Of a stretch of 64,000 bases of DNA, positions 63,247-64,000 are shown in pieces. Position 1 is the stretch's first letter. Every line of letters begins with the position of its first letter. The notes beneath the pieces are model-generated. The model saw only the letters and a program-made list of their open reading frames with translations, did no database searches and was not told the origin of the DNA. The translations under genes were made by a program, and so were the position numbers. Source of the stretch: Clostridia bacterium (lineage in GTDB: Bacteria > Bacillota > Clostridia > Oscillospirales > CAG-272); assembly GCA_017450965.1 (NCBI GenBank), contig JAFSSQ010000047.1:4787-68786 (forward strand), read 5' to 3'.

Positions 63247-64000
63247 ATGAAACTGAGCGACAAGATCATCTTCGGCGGCGATTACAACCCCGAGCAATGG
63301 CGCGAAACGCCGGAAATCTGGGACGAGGATATGCGCCTGATGCGCCTGGCGCACTGGAACGAGGCGACCCTCGGGGTCTTCTCCTTTGCCGAGCTGGAGC
63401 CGGAGGAGGGGGTATTCGACTTCTCCGTGCCGGACGCGATCTTTGAAAAAGCGGAACAAAACGGCGTGAAGATCATCCTCTCCACCCCCTCCGGCGCGAT
63501 GCCGCGCTGGATGGCGGAAAAATACCCGGAGATCCTGCGCACCCTCGACGACCGGCGCAAGGCGGTCTACGGCAGAAGAGAAAACCACTGTCTCACCTCT
63601 CCCGTTTACCGGGAAAAGGTCGCGGAAATCGACCGCAAGCTCTCCGAGCGCTACGGTAAGAACCCCGCGCTGCTCGCGTGGCATATCTCCAACGAGTTCA
63701 ACGGCGAGTGCCATTGCCCGCTCTGCCGCGCGGCGTTCTGCGATTTTCTGGAAAAGAAATACGGCACGGTCGACCGGCTCAACGCCGCGTGGTGGACCCG
63801 CTTCTGGAGCCACCGGGCGAACGCCTTTTCGGAGATCGAGCCGCCCTCCCCGATCGGGGAGACCTGCGTCCACGGGCTGACGCTGGACTGGAAGCGCTTT
63901 GTAACCGCGCAGACGGCGGACTTTGCCCGTGCGGAGATCGAGGCGGTCCGCGCCTTCTCCGACCGGCCGGTCACGACCAACCTGATGGGCTTTTACCAGG
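63247..64000 (+). CDS. beta-galactosidase, GH42 (3'-truncated)
   Basis: FGGDYNPEQW, LEPEEGVFDF, STPSGAMPRW, WHISNE, LNAAWWTRFWS, LDWKRF, PVTTNLMG; promoter TTGAAA-N17-TATACT at 63161-63189. Confidence 0.96.
   Translation, partial: MKLSDKIIFGGDYNPEQWRETPEIWDEDMRLMRLAHWNEATLGVFSFAELEPEEGVFDFSVPDAIFEKAEQNGVKIILSTPSGAMPRWMAEKYPEILRTLDDRRKAVYGRRENHCLTSPVYREKVAEIDRKLSERYGKNPALLAWHISNEFNGECHCPLCRAAFCDFLEKKYGTVDRLNAAWWTRFWSHRANAFSEIEPPSPIGETCVHGLTLDWKRFVTAQTADFARAEIEAVRAFSDRPVTTNLMGFYQ

Overview
High-GC chromosomal segment of a probable uncultured Clostridia (Bacillota) bacterium; the taxonomy is inferred from gene content and sigma-A promoter style. Most of it is housekeeping: alaS, yajC, tagO-like, polA, pgeF, truB, proS, rodA/ftsW, rplJL, dnaC/dnaD-like, rex, an isocitrate/isopropylmalate-family dehydrogenase, tsaD, rimI, galU, fbp, rpmG-secE-nusG-rplK-rplA, glmM and glmS. 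It also holds a tRNA-Pro(CGG), a glmS ribozyme, and L10 and L1 leader RNAs. The most unusual material is non-coding. (i) A ~235-bp element lies between the tRNA-Pro 3' end and a 19-bp duplicate of it; beyond the duplicate are a CATCAT/ATGATG multi-hairpin array and a lower-GC four-gene islet (two zinc-ribbon proteins, a membrane protein and a secreted beta-hairpin-repeat protein). (ii) A similar GTGAAG hairpin array lies at 47.6 kb. (iii) Three copies of a post-stop-codon hairpin module occur, two forming a nested ~425-bp inverted repeat. Many loops are GNA triloops, suggesting ssDNA-folding REP/MITE-like elements; no transposase or integrase is present in the window. Protein-level oddities are an orphan PqqD(RRE)+S26 peptidase pair, a lipoprotein trigger-factor homolog with two FKBP domains, and a stand-alone LbH acetyltransferase heading the glmM-glmS operon. 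All product calls come from motif recognition by eye; no database search was run.
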